DNA from: Bosea sp. (in: a-proteobacteria)
GTDB lineage: Bacteria; Pseudomonadota; Alphaproteobacteria; Rhizobiales; Beijerinckiaceae
Direction of reading: 5' to 3'
Assembly: GCA_046292405.1 (NCBI GenBank)
Contig: JBKBRD010000001.1
Location: 1 to 40,541, forward strand
Length of the DNA stretch: 40,541 nt
Below the pieces are notes generated by a model that saw only the letters and a list, made by a program, of their open reading frames with translations, had not been told where the DNA came from and made no database searches. Made by a program: the position numbers and the translations under genes. Shown in pieces: positions 38,083-40,541 of the stretch (position 1 is the first letter of the stretch; the number at the start of each line of letters is the position of its first letter).

Positions 38083-38681
38083 TCAAGGCACTGGTTGGGT
38101 GGTTGCGAGCGCTTTTCGGGCGACGTGAGCAGCAGAGTGGGGGAGAGGTTGTCTTGAGGCGGATACCGCACCTGATCGATTTCGAGACGCCATCTGACGA
38201 AGCGATCTGCCTCCACGAGGCTGGTCATGCCTGCGCTGCCCTGGTGGTTGGCCTTATTCCCGAATTCATCGAGTTCGTTGACGATGATGGTTCGCAGGGA
38301 CGCGCGCGCAATCGCATGCCCGTGGGCGATCCCCAGCAGCGACGCTTGGTGGCCTGTGCCGCCTATGCTGTCGAGTACAATCTATTCATGGCACGGCGTC
38401 TGACGAACGCCGCGGGCGTTGTGATTGATGAGAGGACCTTCATCCATCTGGCCATCGGCAATAACGCCGCGCTCGATAAGATCAAATTCTTTGGCGAGGA
38501 TCGCGAGGGGGCCGACAAGACCTGGCCGGCGGATGACGATCGGGCCTTCATGACGGCTGGCCAGCAGCTCGCCGGAAGTCTCCCGATGGGTCTTGTGATC
38601 GATCTGGCGGAATCGATGCTGAATGAGCGTCGCGTGGAACGCGCGAGACTCCTGGAGATCGCGGCGCCGTTCCTGAAATAG
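38079..38681 (+). CDS. HExxH zinc metallopeptidase-like protein (resembles the M41 peptidase domain, no ATPase)
   Basis: AICLHEAGHACAAL and a downstream AAYAVE possible third ligand; TTGA overlap and GGAG RBS. Confidence 0.7.
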   Translation: MIKALVGWLRALFGRREQQSGGEVVLRRIPHLIDFETPSDEAICLHEAGHACAALVVGLIPEFIEFVDDDGSQGRARNRMPVGDPQQRRLVACAAYAVEYNLFMARRLTNAAGVVIDERTFIHLAIGNNAALDKIKFFGEDREGADKTWPADDDRAFMTAGQQLAGSLPMGLVIDLAESMLNERRVERARLLEIAAPFLK

Positions 38682-38751
38682 CCGAGCGTGCGGCTAGCAT
38701 CCCAGTAGTCGCGGGCAGTCCTCCGTTTTCGAGCAGCCTTAAGCCGCCTCC

Positions 38752-38787
38752 TTGAAAAGTGTCAGAAAACCGTATATGTTTCTGACA
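38752..38787 (+). promoter_or_regulatory. Sigma70-type promoter with overlapping operator IR for the AbiE-type operon
   Basis: TTGAAA-N17-TATGTT, overlapped by the perfect IR TGTCAGAAA-N10-TTTCTGACA (38760-38787). Confidence 0.8.
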
Positions 38788-38798
38788 GGAGAACGGCT

Positions 38799-39392
38799 AT
38801 GCAACGCTTGACCGAAGAGATTCTAGCGCACGCGAAAGGGCTGCCTGAGGGTACGCCGGTCGCGGCTAAAAGCTTGCTCCACCTCGGCAGCCGCGCCGCG
38901 GTGGACCAGACTTTGTCGCGCCTCACCGAGAGAGGCCAACTGATCCGGGCCGGACGCGGCGTCTATCTCCTCCCGATTACGAGCCGGTTCGGCACGCGAT
39001 CTCCCTCCGTGGAACAGGCCGTCGAGGCTCTGGCCAACCAGCGGGGAGAGACGATCGTCCCGAGCGGCGCCGCTGCGGCCAACACGTTGGGCCTCACGAC
39101 CCAGGTGCCGATCCGGTCGGTCTATCTGACTTCCGGGCGCACCCGGAAGATGAACCTCGGCAAGCAGGTCGTCGAGCTTCGCCACGCGCCGCGTTGGCAA
39201 CTCGCCATGGCGCATCGACCCGCTGGCGAGGCGGTACGGGCGCTGGCGTGGCTTGGACCGGAGAAGGCGGAGGCCGCGCTCCAGACCTTGAAGCGGAAAC
39301 TCCCCCCAGGCGCTTTCAGCGAACTGGTCGCGGTCGCGCCGCAGCTTCCGACCTGGCTCGCCCGCAGCGTAGGAAAAGCCGCGCATGGCTGA
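38799..39392 (+). CDS. AbiEi-type antitoxin / transcriptional regulator (DUF6088-like)
   Basis: wHTH SRAAVDQTLSRL...G.L.RAGRGVY, GAAAANTLGLTTQVP, YLTSG. Confidence 0.88.
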   Translation: MQRLTEEILAHAKGLPEGTPVAAKSLLHLGSRAAVDQTLSRLTERGQLIRAGRGVYLLPITSRFGTRSPSVEQAVEALANQRGETIVPSGAAAANTLGLTTQVPIRSVYLTSGRTRKMNLGKQVVELRHAPRWQLAMAHRPAGEAVRALAWLGPEKAEAALQTLKRKLPPGAFSELVAVAPQLPTWLARSVGKAAHG

Positions 39393-40401
39393 TCCTTTTC
39401 TCCACCTTCCGGTCAACGATCGCCGCGACGCGCTCGGCGTCGCGGGCGGCCGGTGGGGTGGGCCGGCGCCCCCCCGGGGCAATGGCGTGTTGGGGGTTTG
39501 GGCGCTCGCCACCCTTTACGGCTCGGCGCTCGGCGAACATCTCGTGTTCAAGGGCGGCACGTCGCTGTCCAAGGCCTATCAGGTCATCCGGCGCTTCTCG
39601 GAGGACGTCGATCTGACCTACGACATCCGAGCGATTGCCCCAGATCTGGTCGGCGAGAATGGCGAAGCGCTGCCGAAAACCCGCAGCGAGGAAAAGCGCT
39701 GGTCCAGTGAGGTGCGCAAGCGCCTGCCCGAGTGGGTCGAAGGAAGTGTTCAGCCGATCATAGCGGCGGCGCTCGCGGCTGAAGGTTTGACGGCCGCGAT
39801 CCGCGTCGAAGGCGAGAAGCTGTTCATCGATTATGAGGCCGTGACGGCCGGCTCAGGCTATGTGGCGCCGAGCGTGATGCTCGAATTCGGCGCACGATCG
39901 ACGGGCGAGCCCGCTAGCCCGCGCGACATCGCCTGCGATGCGTCTGGCCTGATCGAGGGCGTGACCTTTCCCACGGCGCGTCCCCGCGTCATGCACGCGG
40001 AGCGAACCTTCTGGGAGAAGGCGACCGCCATCCATGTCTTCTGCCTGCAGGAGCGGCTGCGCGGGGATCGCTATGCTCGTCACTGGCATGATGTTGCACG
40101 GCTGGACGAAGCCGGTTTCGCGGCGTCCGCCTTCTCCGATCGCGAGCTGGCGAACGCAGTAGCGCGCCACAAGGCGATGTTCTTCGCCGAGAAAGCGTCC
40201 GATCGCACGCCCATTAATTACGCGGCGGCTGTCAACGGCGGTCTGCGGCTCGTGCCCGCCGGCGTCGGTCTGAAGGCGCTGGAAGAGGACTACGCCAGTA
40301 TGGTCGACGATGGGCTTCTCCTGGAAGACGCCGAGCCTTTCGACACGCTGATGGCGCGGTGCGCCGACATCACCACGCGTGCGAACAATGCGGCTGCATG
40401 A
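39385..40401 (+). CDS. AbiEii/AbiGii-family nucleotidyltransferase toxin
   Basis: FKGGTSLSK, RFSEDVDL, ERTFWEK, RHWHD. The stop codon TGA is the first three bases of the IS. Confidence 0.92.
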   Translation: MADPFLHLPVNDRRDALGVAGGRWGGPAPPRGNGVLGVWALATLYGSALGEHLVFKGGTSLSKAYQVIRRFSEDVDLTYDIRAIAPDLVGENGEALPKTRSEEKRWSSEVRKRLPEWVEGSVQPIIAAALAAEGLTAAIRVEGEKLFIDYEAVTAGSGYVAPSVMLEFGARSTGEPASPRDIACDASGLIEGVTFPTARPRVMHAERTFWEKATAIHVFCLQERLRGDRYARHWHDVARLDEAGFAASAFSDRELANAVARHKAMFFAEKASDRTPINYAAAVNGGLRLVPAGVGLKALEEDYASMVDDGLLLEDAEPFDTLMARCADITTRANNAAA

Positions 40402-40541
40402 ACCGCCCCGGGTTTACCGGAGGGTATTTTGTTCAATGACTATGCGACCATATCGAGTGTGTTCAAGTTTGCATAGAACGCCTCCTCTGCTTCTGCTGGC
40501 GGGATATATCCGATGGGGCCGAGGAGACGGCGGTTGTTATA
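40399..40541 (-). mobile_element. IS3-family (IS51-like) insertion sequence, right end (IRR) with orfB 3' end
   Basis: IR TGAACCGCCCCGGGTTTACCGGAGGG at 40399-40424. The minus strand 40541-40440 encodes YNNRRLLGPIGYIPPAEAEEAFYANLNTLDMVA*, a typical IS3 OrfB C-terminus. Confidence 0.93.

Larger units (their letters stand above)
77..40398 (-). mobile_element. Tn4371/ICEMlSym-like integrative conjugative element backbone (partial; integrase, trbG and trbI not in window)
   Basis: Gene order DUF932-parB-helicase/methylase-toprim-DUF736-fseA-rdfS-repA-parA-parG-DUF2840-traF-relaxase-cargo-traG-copG-trbBCDEJKLF is typical of this ICE family. Confidence 0.92.

Noticed and set aside
77-40398. Integrase, att sites, tRNA or rRNA genes
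   Set aside because: No tyrosine or serine recombinase ORF and no recognisable structural RNA gene was seen; the element ends lie outside the window or have been deleted.

Overview
The window is a GC-rich, alphaproteobacterial-type Tn4371/ICEMlSym-like integrative conjugative element (ICE) segment. It is bounded at both ends by directly oriented copies of one IS3-family IS, with an identical 26-bp terminal IR. Almost all backbone genes are on the minus strand. From left to right it contains: (1) a P-type trb mating-pair operon, trbBCDEJKLF, cut by the IS at the probable start of trbG; (2) a CopG-type regulator, the traG/virD4 coupling protein, an epoxide hydrolase cargo gene, and a MOBP relaxase with oriT; (3) a lytic transglycosylase, DUF736, traF, DUF2840, parG/parA, an iteron origin, repA and rdfS; (4) the +1-frameshifted activator fseA (msi172/msi171-like), a qseM-like antiactivator and an XRE regulator; (5) a leading region (DUF736, DUF2493, toprim, methylase/strawberry-notch helicase, antirestriction protein, ParB, DUF932) whose long intergenic leaders fold preferentially on the + strand, the presumed transferred strand; (6) a + strand cargo block that looks like a defence island. 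That block holds a lone PD-(D/E)xK nuclease, a translationally coupled four-gene operon (HEPN-like, HEPN-like, PD-(D/E)xK nuclease, HExxH metallopeptidase) and an AbiE-type toxin-antitoxin pair. The four-gene operon is the best candidate here for an undescribed system. No integrase, trbG or trbI is present in the window. All family calls come from motif recognition and gene order; no database search was run.
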